A stretch of DNA of 55,576 bases from a virus (lineage: Duplodnaviria > Caudoviricetes): IMG/VR virus record IMGVR_UViG_3300025601_000022, positions 1 to 55,576 of that record. One strand, written 5' to 3'. The notes under the pieces are model-generated. The model worked only from the letters and a program-made list of their open reading frames with translations. It was not told where the DNA came from and did not search any database. A program made the position numbers and the translations under genes. Shown piece by piece: positions 24,358 through 35,666 of the stretch. Position 1 is the first letter of the stretch. Each line of letters begins with the position of its first letter.

Positions 24358-27300
24358 TTAACAACCTCACTAACAAGCAGCTAGCAAAGGTTACAGCCTC
24401 TGCTATCACTCTTGTTGCTAGTGCCAACAAAGAAACTCAAATATATCGGCGCGTTAGCCCGAGATCTGCAGTAGAGATTCTTGCTCGGTCACTAGAGAAA
24501 ACTGCCAAACTTCCGTTCTCTATCCGTGAGTATCTCGCCATACGCGATGTATCTGACTTTGTGCTTGTCTCTCAGAAGAACAAAACAAACCTTGCAAAAC
24601 GTCGTAACACAGATCTTCTTCCAATATGCCACCCGTCATCTAGCAAGAAGCACGCAATGACGGCTAGCGCTTTGCGTATTGAGCGTGGACGTTGGATCGC
24701 AGCTGACCCTAGAATTACTGACACAGAAGCTCAAGCGATGATTGCATCTGCATTTAGCTCTGCCCCGTTCTCTCCTGAAGAGTCTTACTACATTACGCGC
24801 CTTACCGCCCTCCCACAGGGTTCCGTCCCTCTTACGGCAATTATCGCTGCCTTTGGTGATGGAAACTCTACGGCGGCTCGTTCTGCTCGAGCTCGTATGC
24901 AGCGTCGTGACCGCAAAGGTCGCTTTGCGTGGATGGGTGGGGGCATGTCCACTATTGTTCGTCGTAGAGACGGATCTACTCGTAAACTTAGCGGTAGAAC
25001 AATTGCTCAGGGTGTTGGAGCGGATGACACTTTCGATCTAGAAACTCCTGACGGTCGATTGCTCAGAGTTCCTGCCGGAAGCTCTGAAGCAAGTAAGGCT
25101 TACCTGCGGGGAGAAGACTCTCCTGACGGATTCTCGGTTGCTGAAGTTGGTGCGATTGATAGAAAAGATGCAGTAGATGAAGATCAAATTCTTGAGGTAG
25201 AGTTCCCTAATCTTTTCCGTAAGGACGGTTCTTACACAGGAGCTGGTACTAAATACACCGACGATGCCTATGACGTTATTAAATTAGATCCAAATAATGA
25301 TGACGACTTTGAAGCACTCCCAGACGAACTTGTTCAAAGAAAGCCTGACGGCTCCTTCCCTATTGATTTAGATAAGCCTGTATTTATTCTAAATAGAGAT
25401 ACTGGTCAGCGTGGCGGTACCGATCTAGGCCAGTTCCAAAACTGGGCAGACACTCAGGGCATGATTAATGTAGATGAAATTGTTCGAGACAAAGAAGAAG
25501 GCCGCGAGTCTGACGCTATTGCTGTTCTCGATCAAGAAACATACAACAGACTGTACGACACCGTAGGTGACAGGGATCCTTATGAGGTCCTCCAAGAAAT
25601 TCAAAAAGAGTCTTCGGGTCAAGAAGACAGGGCCCCCCTTAACGATAAGAGTCAAGCTTTTAATTTTGTTGACCCAACGGGTGCAAATTTTGTAGATGAT
25701 GATTTTACATACGAGCCTAAAGGTCGTACTGATCAAGACTCTACCGACTATACCGATGATCCTTCAGTACTGGCTAACTCTTTTTCTGAAGAAGAATTAA
25801 CAAGCGCACTAAAAGAAGCCGTTACTCCTGCAGAGCCCACAGAAAATTCAGAAGACCTAGACGCCCTTGACTTTGGGCCTCCAGGAGATGGAGATCTCTC
25901 CTTTAATGACGGGGATGAAAAAGTTCCCGCTCAAGCGTTGTATGACGCGCTAAAAGAACAAGGCACTGACGCGCAAAATAAACTTGCAGAGATTTATGAC
26001 GAACTACCTGAATCAAGCACTACGAATGTTTCTGACCTAGAAAAAGCTCGCGCTGAAGGACCAAAAGCTACCCTAGTAGAAGAAGTTGCTCGTACTCCTA
26101 AGGCTGTGCTCCCCACACCAGAAGAAGTTCCTGAAGAAGAAGCACCCTTGGCTTCAAAATATGAAAATCTTCCTCCACTCTTTGATGGACTTTCTGATGA
26201 TGAAAAAGCAGAAATTCTTGACGGCAAAGACTACAGTAAGTATCTTCCAAAGAATCCAGACAAAGATGTTCCAGAAGGATTCCAGCCAGTATTTCCAGAA
26301 CCTTTTGAAAATGTTGATGAAAACCCAGACTTTGACCCTATAAATCTTGCTAACACGAATGACGCGGTCGATCTTAAAGAGGCTCTTGCTGAAGGACTTA
26401 GTCCTGACGCAGAACGGCCAGGTTATGGGACTGTAGGACGTACTGATGAAGACGGTGAAGAATCTTTTACTACTGCTCCTCTCGCTGCTATTCGAGATGC
26501 TCTTCAAATGCAGGGCGAAGATGCAGATAAGCTTATTGATGATGTCTACAAAAAAGATGAGGACACAAGCTCTTCTGATGCTGCAGATGCCCTAGACGAT
26601 CTACTTGGAGATCTTGATGACGCAGACGCAGACACTCAAGACCTGTCAACTGAACCAACCACTAGGACAGTAACTGCTCCTAACGGGAAAGACTACACAG
26701 TCAGCACTCGTAAAAATGAAGATGGAACTGTTGACCTAGTTCTTTCAGACTCTGAAGGCAGAGAATTTGTTGAAAGCTCGGGAGATGAAGAAGAGCTACA
26801 AGAACTAAACGGTCAAGCAGAGCAGTACGCGCAGTCCATTGAAGACGGCGACGAAGCCGGGCAAGCATTAACTGAGATAATTGACGATGAAGATATCTCA
26901 GACGTTCCAGAAGATGTCACTCCAGAAGATCAAGTAGATGATGTTGTTGATGATGTAGTAGAGCCAGAAAAAACTGAAAGGGAGAAGGCTCTTGAAAATC
27001 CTCCTGGAGATATTCCTGCCGTAGGATCTCCAACAGGTGAACCGTCAGTTCAAGGAACCATAAAACTTCGTGCTGGTAAGTTGAGAGTTGGAGACTGGGT
27101 ACTTGGTGCGGATAATAAATGGCATAAAATTGTTTCTAGTAAAAAATTTCCTTCTTTTAGGGATAAAGAAATAGCACGGGAAAATAGAGTACCGGCAAAA
27201 AAATCTGTAACTCTGCTTACATTAGACGATGGAACAACAATTTCTAGCGGGTTGGGCGACACTAGAACGGAGGAATTTTATGACGTATCTACCCCTCCTC

Positions 27301-30300
27301 AGGACTCAAATGTTTCTGTAATAGATCTCCGAAATGGGGAATTTTTCTATAAAGGTATTTACTTTAAGAAAGTTTATGGAACTTATCGGGTAGTTAACTA
27401 CGGTCCCAAGCTAGGACAAACGGACACTATTGAAGAAATGGTTGAAAAGATTGATGCGGCAGAAGGCGTTGAAGCAGATCAACCATCTACGCCCACTACT
27501 CCTACTATTCCCACTCCCACTCCCACTCCCACTCCCACTCCTACTCCTACTATTCCTACGCCCACTACTCCTATTCCCCCCAGCCCTAAACCTCCTCGAG
27601 TTCCTTTAATTCCTTCTGTAACTCCAGAAGATGAAGAAGGTATCCCCTCTAGAGAGCCTGGAAAAGATTTTACTCCAGCATACGTTGACTACCTAAAAAA
27701 TACTGATCCTCGGGATTTTACTCGAGAAGAGATAGATGACTACGGACAGCTTCTTAAGTCACTCTCTCGCGCAGAGAAAAAAGAACTTAGAAGAAAAAAT
27801 AAAAAAGCTTTCCTATCTATGATGGGTCTACGGGCTGGTCAAGACCTACCTCAAAACTCTAAATTCGACGGAGAGCGTACTCAAGATGAAGCATCCGAAC
27901 CTTCTTCTACTCCTACAAATGCAACTGATGAAGAAGTAGCCGAAGCAGAAGAGTCTGGTGAAGGTACAACTAAGCCTAAGCCCGCAGAAGGAAAACGTCG
28001 TCGTCAGCTCGTGCCTGCGCAAGATTTTTTCTACGTAGATGCAACTGGAAAAATTAGACCAGTAAAATTCACTCTCGAATATGTTAATCATCTTTTTACT
28101 ACTGACCCAAAAAATCTTACTGATCAAGAACTCAGAGATCTTATGACAATGATCAGTCAAATTCCCGAAAAAGATGCTAAACAATATAGCAAGAAAAAAG
28201 AAAAGGCTCAACAAGAATACCTTGACAGGACTTTTGGGAAAACTACAGAACCTATCACTAGGTACCCAGGGGACAGGTACTTTTCCGATGGGGAAGAGCC
28301 AACTCCTTCTGAAGAAGATTCAGACATTGATGCAGGCGTCTTCACTCCAGGCGATACTACTCCGTCAAAACCAAAGCCAGTAGAACGCCCACTCCCAGGA
28401 GAGAAGAGAAAGCAAAACTTAAACCGTAGAGCACGAAATCTTCTTAAAGAGACAGAAGACTCACTCAATAAATTACTTGACTACGGTATGCCTGATAATT
28501 TTTATCCAAACTTGCCTCAAAAAGATAGAGAAGATCTTTTCAATAAAAGATTGTCCGAACTTGAAGAAACTCTTGAGGATTTGCGTACGTCTCTTCGTAA
28601 GTACATTAAAACTAAAGACTCTAGTCAAGACAATTTAACTGCCCTTGAAGAGATTGCTGCAAAGATTGACCTTGCTCGTAGGCAACTTAATCGTCTCGAG
28701 CAGGGAGGCTTTAAAGGAGATGTATCTGAAAAAGATCGTGACTCAAGTCTTGTCTCCACGCAAAAGACTCTTGACGACATGTCTGATTGGATTGAAGATG
28801 CTATTGATCCAGCGTGGTCCCCGGAAAGTTCTTCTTCCACTACAGAAACACCTTCTAGCTCTTCAGCTCCTGACGAGTCGTCTGACTGGCTCGACCTTGA
28901 CTTTGGGCCTTCAATATATAAAGACTCCTCATCTTTACCTAAAAACAAAGATGCTGAATTAGCAGCAGACTTTTTAGATGACTTTAACGCCAGACTGAAA
29001 ACTTTAGCTCTAGAAAAACGCACTGCTGCAAGAGCAAAAGAGTACGAAACTATTCTTTTTGAAAATGTTCCAGAAAAAAATCTAGAAGACTCTGTATCAA
29101 GAAAAATTATTAATGATGCAATGGCTCAAGCAGCGCTTGCTGATGCGTGGGAAGAAGACCACGAAGATGAAAAGTTTAATCAATTTAGGGCAATAGAAGC
29201 AGAGCTAGACTACAACACTATTCTTAATAAAGAGTATTTAGTTGGTCAAATAACAAAGCTAAGAGATCTTCTTCGTAATGGAGGAGACTCAGAAGAAATT
29301 GCTTACACAGCTAATAGTCTCACTCCTATTTTTAATCCGAAAAACCCTGACCCAATTATTGACGAAAATCCTCTTGTAAAGATTCTTCGCAGTAAACCAG
29401 AAGTTTCTGAACTTATTCGCAAGGGCCTTGAGGCTCGCGGCGTATCAATAGATGAGTCCGACAAGGTAGAAACTTTTAAGCCAAAAACTCGTGCTCCTAG
29501 AGCTCCTAAGCCAGCAACTGAAACTCCTACACCTGAAAAGAAGCCTATAAAGCCTAAAGCTCCTAAAGTAAAAGAAAAAACTGATGACGATGATGACGAT
29601 GATGATGATGATGATGATGATTCTGGTCCAATACAGAAAGATGAAGGATCTTTTGCAGTAGATATTGAGCCTGGATCACCTCTTCCTGAGGATGACTATG
29701 ACTACTCAGAAGAAAGCTTCCCACCAACAGAAGAGCAAGTAAACATTATAACCGCGATTATGACTAGAGCAAGTACTACTGTACGAGCTCTTGCAGGCTC
29801 AGGAAAAACCAGCACCATAAGAATAGCTGCAAGAAGAATACTTAAAGAGCGTCCTAACGATAGAATTCTTTACATTGCCTTCAACAGATCCATCAACGCT
29901 GAGGCTGTTGCTGTGATGCCAGGGAATGTTACGTCTCGTACAGCAGACTCCCTTGCGCATAAAGATATGAAGAGTCGTCCTAACTGGAAATTTATGACGG
30001 AAAGATTAAACGCTTCTAGCAATAAAGAGTACAGAGACACAGTTATATATAAATCAGAACTTATTTCTGACCACTTTGAGGTAAAAAACTACTATCCAAA
30101 AGATGGCGGAGAGCCTGTTGGATTTACTGATGTTGTGAAAACAGCTCAAGAAGCTATAAAAGAGTTTGCTATTAGTGCTGACGAAAAAATTCTTCCTAAG
30201 CATTTTAAGGAAATGGATCCTGATAACGTTCCTAAAGAATTTGTAGATCTTGCAGAGCGCATGTGGGCAGATAAAACAAATCCTGATGGAGTTCTACAAG

Positions 30301-33300
30301 TAAACCACGAAGATATTCTTAAGCAATTTACTTTGCTTAAACCTAATATGCGTCTTGAAGGAGGAAATACTCCTCCATTTGATATTATTTTTATGGATGA
30401 GGCTCAGGATATTAACCCTGTTCTTGCTAAATTTTTGGATGATCAAGAAGTACAAATTGTTATGGTGGGTGATAGCAATCAAAGTATTTATGGCTTCCGA
30501 GGAGCTACAGACGAACTAGACAGAGTTGTGTCAAGTTACGACCTACCACTAACTAAATCTTTCCGTTTTGGTACGGAAATTGCAGGTACTGCAAATAGAT
30601 TTTTATCTCTGCTAAAGTCTCCTTTTAGAATTGATGCTGCTGGACCTTCTGGTAAAGTTGTAAAGCCTGGAACAATGGTGGATCCTGATGCAATTCTCAC
30701 AAGAACTACTATAGGTAAAGTTGTTTCAGTAATTCAAGAGCTTGCAAAAGATAGAAGAGTTGCTATGGATGAGAACTCTCGAAACGATTTTATTTCCCTA
30801 GTATCCTCCGCTAGAGCACTTAGATTTAACGACTCTAAAAATGTTCTTCATCCAGACCTTAGAAGCTATAGCTCTTGGGAAGAGGCTCTTCTATCTGTCG
30901 CAGAAGGGAAAGCTGGACCTAGACTAACTCAACTTTTTATCTACTTACAGAGTAAGAAACAGTCAGCAGAATTAGATGATTTAATTAAGCAAGTTAAGTT
31001 TCCTTACGTTGAAGGTCTTACAGCTGGAACATTTATTCCTAACTTTACGGAAGAAGACATAGTAAATCCTGATGGTCCTGACAAGTCTTCAGTAGTTATT
31101 CACAACACCCCTGAATATCAAATGTTTTACTCTAGAGAAAAACTTGCGGAGCACGAAGCAGAACGACGTGCTGTAAAAGAAAGAAATAAAGCTATTAAAG
31201 CTGGATGGGAGCCAACAAAAAAACTTCCCGCTAGGTTGCGAAGCACCTCAAACCCAGAAAAAGTTGCGGAGAGAGATGCGCTACGAGAAGCTATAACAGA
31301 AGAAAATAAAATTATTAAAGCTGGCCGAAAGAAAGTTGAAAAACTTCCTACCAAGCTAAGAAAAACACAGGCGCAAAAGCCAATTAATATTTCGACTAGA
31401 AAAAATGAAGATGGATCCATAGATGTGTACTTATATGGAAACATTCTTACTGGAGATACTAGAGGAAAATACTTATACGACATGAGACGTATAGGATTTA
31501 AAGGTGTCCCAGAAGAGTACGGTCCCGAAAACAGTCCTATACCTCTTAATATTCAAAACAATAAAACAAAAGCAACAAAAGTAAATTTTGTTGACGATGA
31601 AAATGGAACTGCTGCTCAGAATGCCGTTGCAGCACTAAACGACTTAAAAGCTTCTTGGCAGGGAGTTCCTCCTGAAGACATAGATGTAACTATTATTACT
31701 GCTCACGTAGCTAAAGGACTTGAGTTTGACAGAGTCCAGATTAGTGATGACTTCCTTGGTGAAAGATACTCACCAAAGACTGACCCAGACACGGGAGAAA
31801 CTATTCTCCCAGACCTTGAAGAACTTCGTCTTGGTTATGTAGCTGTAACTCGATCAAAAAAAGAACTGGATCCCGGCGGTCTAAGCTGGATCTTCAATGT
31901 TACAAAAGAAGAAGAACCAGTAGAAGATATTTACAGTGCTACAAAAGAATTAATAATAGATTCTGACACTTCTGATATATCCCCTAGTTTTGGGTCAGCG
32001 CTACAAGCAATATCTGTAAACCCTGATTTCTACCTAAGTAAAAACCCTGAAACTTCAGTAAAACTTCTTGAAGCTAAGAAAAAACTTCCTGGCGCGGATG
32101 TAGAAGAACTTGATAAGATTATTAATCTTGTACGAGCTCAAGCGGCACCTAAAGCTCCTAAGCTTTCCGAAAAAGAAAAAGAAGCAAAAGAAAAAGAATC
32201 TATTGAAGAGCTTAATGAGACACTTCCTGAAGCAGAAAGAGTTTCATCACCATCTTCAGAAATTTTTCAGAGTCAAATATCCAGCTCTCCAGATAAAAAT
32301 GTTGCAAAGATTGAAGAGAGTCTTGCAAAGAAAAATCTAGGTGGCGGAAGATGGCAAACCTGGAGTAAAGATGTTGAAGAGTCAGACGGTACTGTAACTC
32401 GATATGAAGTAATTATTCAGAAAAATAAAAATAACACCTTTTCCGTTGTGCATCGCAGTTACACGGTAGGTGACCCAAAAAATGAAAGTAAAGGAAAGTT
32501 TAAGAATGAAGTAAGAATTCATTCTTACCCCGCAAGTCACTCATTTGAACTTTTACAGACACAAACTAGAGACGCTTTAGGAAATCTTAGTCTGTCTCAA
32601 AGCCAGGCTCCAAGGACTAAAGAAGGTCAGAAAAAAGCTGTAGTTGATCTTTTCAATAGCCGTAGAGCTTTTGAAAGTCCTCAGGATGTTACTGATAATC
32701 CAGCGGCAACCCATATAACTGCAGATGGAGTTACTGAAATTTTTGGCGGAGAAAGAATCTACGACCATGTACGTGGCCGCTGGGGTACAGTAATTAAGAC
32801 CATAGATGTGTATGGTGACTACAAATACACAGATTACCTAGATTGGCAGCCTGACGGAGAGGCCGCTACTAGAGGACCCGCTAAAAACTTTTTCGTGGTT
32901 GATCCTAATACGGGCGCTTGGACTCCTTCAAAAGGAGTTAGTATTCCTTCTTTCTACAGAGCCACAGGTCAAGTTCCTGTGTCCCCACCTCTAGAGGGCT
33001 ACTCAAATCCTCCGAGGGCTACAGCATTTAAAAAAGACCTAATTGAAAGGCCAGAAATTAAAGAAAGGCGTCGAAAGGCTGCAGAAAGAGCTGCCAAAGA
33101 CGCTAATAGGCCCGGAAATGAAGACAATGGCGACGACAATCCTCCGTCCGGAGGTGGCGGAACTCCAGTAACACCAACAACCCCTTCTTCGAGCTCTCCA
33201 TCAACTAATACCTCCCCAGAAACAGATGAAGAAATAGCGGCCCAAGTTCTTGATGATCTCTTAAATGGTTTAGGCGAAGACACATCTGCTGGCGGTGACG

Positions 33301-35666
33301 ACACTATGTTGTCAGGTGGCTGGACTAGGGCTGATAAAAGTCAGTTTTTTGGAAAAGTTGAGCAAGCTTACTACAACCAGATGAGGAAGCTTTGGGATTC
33401 CGTTGGGTACAACAAACAATTAGCAGATACTGTTGAAAGACAGGTTCGTCCTCTCCTAGATTCACAAATAAAAAGTGGAGAAATAACCGAACAAGAAGCT
33501 TACGACCAGCTTGGACTTTCTACAGAGCTACGAACGGACGAGAGGGTTCAGGTACGTTTAAAAGAATTTATGCTAGATAAGATTGGAAGTCCTTCAAAAA
33601 TATACAAAAGCAATAGAGGAAGCACTATTGCAGTTAGTGCAAGAGGAGTCTCTGACGAACAGATTACTTATTTTATGAACGCGGTTGATCAACTTGAGTC
33701 CGTAATCTCAAAACCTGGCATGGTGTATGTCATAAGTAATAAAGTAGGAGCGGACGGCGTTTTGGGGGCTACACTTGCCTCTGACCATATAATGATGATC
33801 AGACCGTCAATAATTGTCCCCGGAGATGACATAGCTGTGGGAATGAATCATCAAAATTGGATGAATGAGAGGCGTGCAAAAAAAGACAAAGTACGAGCAC
33901 CATCACCTCTAGATCCAAATAACCTTCCTTCAGGTAAAGCTGATAGATATAGAGCGCAGTTTGACGCTGCTTTAGCCAAGACTTCTATCTCAGGGCTGCT
34001 TGGAGTTATGGCCCATGAAATGGGACATGCAATTGATGATCTGTTCTCAACTGATTTTACAGGGTCTATTGATGAAACACCTAAAGGACCGAGAGACATG
34101 TACAAAAAGCAGAATCCTAAAGGATATCAAGCTCTAAATGCTTATCAAAAATCTTCAGGTTCTGGTACATATTCAAATCAAGATCTAGTAGAAGCATTTG
34201 CAGAAGGATTTAGTTCTTGGTTTGTCCAGGGAGGCTCCCCTACATCAAAAGAAGTTCAAGATCTCGCTGAAGCTTATGGATGGAATGAGAGATACCCCGA
34301 CATTGTAAAAATTAACACAAGACCAGAAAATTATAAAGCAAGGAATACTTTTTCCGATTTAAAAGCCCTTGAGTCTAATGTAGATCTATCCTACCGAGGA
34401 TATCATCAGGCTCCAGGAAAAAACGATGACAATGCAAATGCAAGTGATTTAGAGTCTATGCTTCCGGATTTTTACTCCCGTCCAGATATCTATAAAACAG
34501 GTGACACTGCATCAGATAATGAATCACTCAAAGTTTTACAGGAAGTAAAAGGAAATCCTGACGCTATAGTAACGGTATATCGTGCTGCTCCAGAAGGTTC
34601 TAATATCAATCCTGGCGATTGGGTATCTTTAAGCCCCACCTACGCCGAAACTCATGGTTACGGTGAGACTGACGACAAAAATATGCCTGTAATATCTAAA
34701 AAAGTAAGAGCAGGAGACTTGTTTAGCGAAGGTAATAGCATAAATGAGTTCGGTTGGGATCCTGAATCCTTCGACATCGAGCCAATGAGGGGAATGTCTA
34801 CTAAGGGAGCAAACCCTGAAGTTTTTTCTTCTACAAATCAGCTTCTTCCTGGTGTAGCCGTACTTAGACTAGATGATCTTCCTGACTCAGCAAAGAAAAG
34901 AATTGATACATACATTCAAAAAAATAATGTAAATATTGATGGAATGGCAGACGCAATGCTTGGCGCTCTCTCAAACACGGCTGCTGTTAATATTGGAAGA
35001 AATTGGTATAAAGATGAAATGCAAACTGGTGCTAGAAATCTAGCAGAAAAAACTGGATATCCAGAGGATGTAGTAACTGCTGTAGTAGCCATTACTTCTG
35101 CTCAAAACAGGTGGAGTACCTCTAGCGGGGGAAGGCCAAACCTTGAGACAGCAGAAAAGTTTATTCAAGCTCATAAAGATGGATTATTTGATAATGCCAC
35201 GTCTATTGAAGAAATTAGAAAAGTAGATATTGGATATATGATGGGTAATGGTTTTGGATGGAATGTTGTTCGACTTCTCAATGGAGATATTTCTATAGAT
35301 CAAGCTGTTAGTGGATCTAAAAGACGTTCTTTTTATAATAACGGGGTAGATCCCGAAAACTCAGGTCATATAACAATTGATTCGTGGATGGGAGCGTTCC
35401 TTGCTCAAAACTCGTCAGTAAAACCAGAAGACGTAGCAGCAGCTATTTCTAGAACACAAACTCCTCAATATCTTTCTGTTCTTGGGTTAAATGCCACCCC
35501 TGCCTATCTTCTAATCTCTGAAGCAACTATGAGAGCGCATCAGAGAGCAATTAAGCTAGGCTATGTAGAAGACACATGGATGCCGCACCAGACGCAAGCG
35601 ACAGCATGGGAAGCACTTAGGTTAGGAATGCTAGGACCGATCCCAGAGGAGATATTTAATGACTAA
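24354..35666 (+). CDS. giant 3770-aa polyvalent virion protein (SF1 helicase, zincin, ART-like, glycosylase-like)
   Basis: Single ORF between portal and protease. UvrD motifs AGSGKT, DEAQD, VGDxxQSIYGFRGA, SFRFG, TAHxAKGLEF, YVAVTR; HEMGH...EAFAE; YR..WVSLS..YA..E; WY..NL..KxxSFYNN..TID..QAxxW. Confidence 0.9.
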   Translation: MINNLTNKQLAKVTASAITLVASANKETQIYRRVSPRSAVEILARSLEKTAKLPFSIREYLAIRDVSDFVLVSQKNKTNLAKRRNTDLLPICHPSSSKKHAMTASALRIERGRWIAADPRITDTEAQAMIASAFSSAPFSPEESYYITRLTALPQGSVPLTAIIAAFGDGNSTAARSARARMQRRDRKGRFAWMGGGMSTIVRRRDGSTRKLSGRTIAQGVGADDTFDLETPDGRLLRVPAGSSEASKAYLRGEDSPDGFSVAEVGAIDRKDAVDEDQILEVEFPNLFRKDGSYTGAGTKYTDDAYDVIKLDPNNDDDFEALPDELVQRKPDGSFPIDLDKPVFILNRDTGQRGGTDLGQFQNWADTQGMINVDEIVRDKEEGRESDAIAVLDQETYNRLYDTVGDRDPYEVLQEIQKESSGQEDRAPLNDKSQAFNFVDPTGANFVDDDFTYEPKGRTDQDSTDYTDDPSVLANSFSEEELTSALKEAVTPAEPTENSEDLDALDFGPPGDGDLSFNDGDEKVPAQALYDALKEQGTDAQNKLAEIYDELPESSTTNVSDLEKARAEGPKATLVEEVARTPKAVLPTPEEVPEEEAPLASKYENLPPLFDGLSDDEKAEILDGKDYSKYLPKNPDKDVPEGFQPVFPEPFENVDENPDFDPINLANTNDAVDLKEALAEGLSPDAERPGYGTVGRTDEDGEESFTTAPLAAIRDALQMQGEDADKLIDDVYKKDEDTSSSDAADALDDLLGDLDDADADTQDLSTEPTTRTVTAPNGKDYTVSTRKNEDGTVDLVLSDSEGREFVESSGDEEELQELNGQAEQYAQSIEDGDEAGQALTEIIDDEDISDVPEDVTPEDQVDDVVDDVVEPEKTEREKALENPPGDIPAVGSPTGEPSVQGTIKLRAGKLRVGDWVLGADNKWHKIVSSKKFPSFRDKEIARENRVPAKKSVTLLTLDDGTTISSGLGDTRTEEFYDVSTPPQDSNVSVIDLRNGEFFYKGIYFKKVYGTYRVVNYGPKLGQTDTIEEMVEKIDAAEGVEADQPSTPTTPTIPTPTPTPTPTPTPTIPTPTTPIPPSPKPPRVPLIPSVTPEDEEGIPSREPGKDFTPAYVDYLKNTDPRDFTREEIDDYGQLLKSLSRAEKKELRRKNKKAFLSMMGLRAGQDLPQNSKFDGERTQDEASEPSSTPTNATDEEVAEAEESGEGTTKPKPAEGKRRRQLVPAQDFFYVDATGKIRPVKFTLEYVNHLFTTDPKNLTDQELRDLMTMISQIPEKDAKQYSKKKEKAQQEYLDRTFGKTTEPITRYPGDRYFSDGEEPTPSEEDSDIDAGVFTPGDTTPSKPKPVERPLPGEKRKQNLNRRARNLLKETEDSLNKLLDYGMPDNFYPNLPQKDREDLFNKRLSELEETLEDLRTSLRKYIKTKDSSQDNLTALEEIAAKIDLARRQLNRLEQGGFKGDVSEKDRDSSLVSTQKTLDDMSDWIEDAIDPAWSPESSSSTTETPSSSSAPDESSDWLDLDFGPSIYKDSSSLPKNKDAELAADFLDDFNARLKTLALEKRTAARAKEYETILFENVPEKNLEDSVSRKIINDAMAQAALADAWEEDHEDEKFNQFRAIEAELDYNTILNKEYLVGQITKLRDLLRNGGDSEEIAYTANSLTPIFNPKNPDPIIDENPLVKILRSKPEVSELIRKGLEARGVSIDESDKVETFKPKTRAPRAPKPATETPTPEKKPIKPKAPKVKEKTDDDDDDDDDDDDDSGPIQKDEGSFAVDIEPGSPLPEDDYDYSEESFPPTEEQVNIITAIMTRASTTVRALAGSGKTSTIRIAARRILKERPNDRILYIAFNRSINAEAVAVMPGNVTSRTADSLAHKDMKSRPNWKFMTERLNASSNKEYRDTVIYKSELISDHFEVKNYYPKDGGEPVGFTDVVKTAQEAIKEFAISADEKILPKHFKEMDPDNVPKEFVDLAERMWADKTNPDGVLQVNHEDILKQFTLLKPNMRLEGGNTPPFDIIFMDEAQDINPVLAKFLDDQEVQIVMVGDSNQSIYGFRGATDELDRVVSSYDLPLTKSFRFGTEIAGTANRFLSLLKSPFRIDAAGPSGKVVKPGTMVDPDAILTRTTIGKVVSVIQELAKDRRVAMDENSRNDFISLVSSARALRFNDSKNVLHPDLRSYSSWEEALLSVAEGKAGPRLTQLFIYLQSKKQSAELDDLIKQVKFPYVEGLTAGTFIPNFTEEDIVNPDGPDKSSVVIHNTPEYQMFYSREKLAEHEAERRAVKERNKAIKAGWEPTKKLPARLRSTSNPEKVAERDALREAITEENKIIKAGRKKVEKLPTKLRKTQAQKPINISTRKNEDGSIDVYLYGNILTGDTRGKYLYDMRRIGFKGVPEEYGPENSPIPLNIQNNKTKATKVNFVDDENGTAAQNAVAALNDLKASWQGVPPEDIDVTIITAHVAKGLEFDRVQISDDFLGERYSPKTDPDTGETILPDLEELRLGYVAVTRSKKELDPGGLSWIFNVTKEEEPVEDIYSATKELIIDSDTSDISPSFGSALQAISVNPDFYLSKNPETSVKLLEAKKKLPGADVEELDKIINLVRAQAAPKAPKLSEKEKEAKEKESIEELNETLPEAERVSSPSSEIFQSQISSSPDKNVAKIEESLAKKNLGGGRWQTWSKDVEESDGTVTRYEVIIQKNKNNTFSVVHRSYTVGDPKNESKGKFKNEVRIHSYPASHSFELLQTQTRDALGNLSLSQSQAPRTKEGQKKAVVDLFNSRRAFESPQDVTDNPAATHITADGVTEIFGGERIYDHVRGRWGTVIKTIDVYGDYKYTDYLDWQPDGEAATRGPAKNFFVVDPNTGAWTPSKGVSIPSFYRATGQVPVSPPLEGYSNPPRATAFKKDLIERPEIKERRRKAAERAAKDANRPGNEDNGDDNPPSGGGGTPVTPTTPSSSSPSTNTSPETDEEIAAQVLDDLLNGLGEDTSAGGDDTMLSGGWTRADKSQFFGKVEQAYYNQMRKLWDSVGYNKQLADTVERQVRPLLDSQIKSGEITEQEAYDQLGLSTELRTDERVQVRLKEFMLDKIGSPSKIYKSNRGSTIAVSARGVSDEQITYFMNAVDQLESVISKPGMVYVISNKVGADGVLGATLASDHIMMIRPSIIVPGDDIAVGMNHQNWMNERRAKKDKVRAPSPLDPNNLPSGKADRYRAQFDAALAKTSISGLLGVMAHEMGHAIDDLFSTDFTGSIDETPKGPRDMYKKQNPKGYQALNAYQKSSGSGTYSNQDLVEAFAEGFSSWFVQGGSPTSKEVQDLAEAYGWNERYPDIVKINTRPENYKARNTFSDLKALESNVDLSYRGYHQAPGKNDDNANASDLESMLPDFYSRPDIYKTGDTASDNESLKVLQEVKGNPDAIVTVYRAAPEGSNINPGDWVSLSPTYAETHGYGETDDKNMPVISKKVRAGDLFSEGNSINEFGWDPESFDIEPMRGMSTKGANPEVFSSTNQLLPGVAVLRLDDLPDSAKKRIDTYIQKNNVNIDGMADAMLGALSNTAAVNIGRNWYKDEMQTGARNLAEKTGYPEDVVTAVVAITSAQNRWSTSSGGRPNLETAEKFIQAHKDGLFDNATSIEEIRKVDIGYMMGNGFGWNVVRLLNGDISIDQAVSGSKRRSFYNNGVDPENSGHITIDSWMGAFLAQNSSVKPEDVAAAISRTQTPQYLSVLGLNATPAYLLISEATMRAHQRAIKLGYVEDTWMPHQTQATAWEALRLGMLGPIPEEIFND

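Noticed and set aside
27060-27250. Intein in the giant protein (AGKLRVGDWVL...LTLDDG)
   Set aside because: Hint-like beta pattern only. It lacks the N-terminal Cys/Ser, TxxH and terminal HN, so it is at most a degenerate Hint/SH3-like module.
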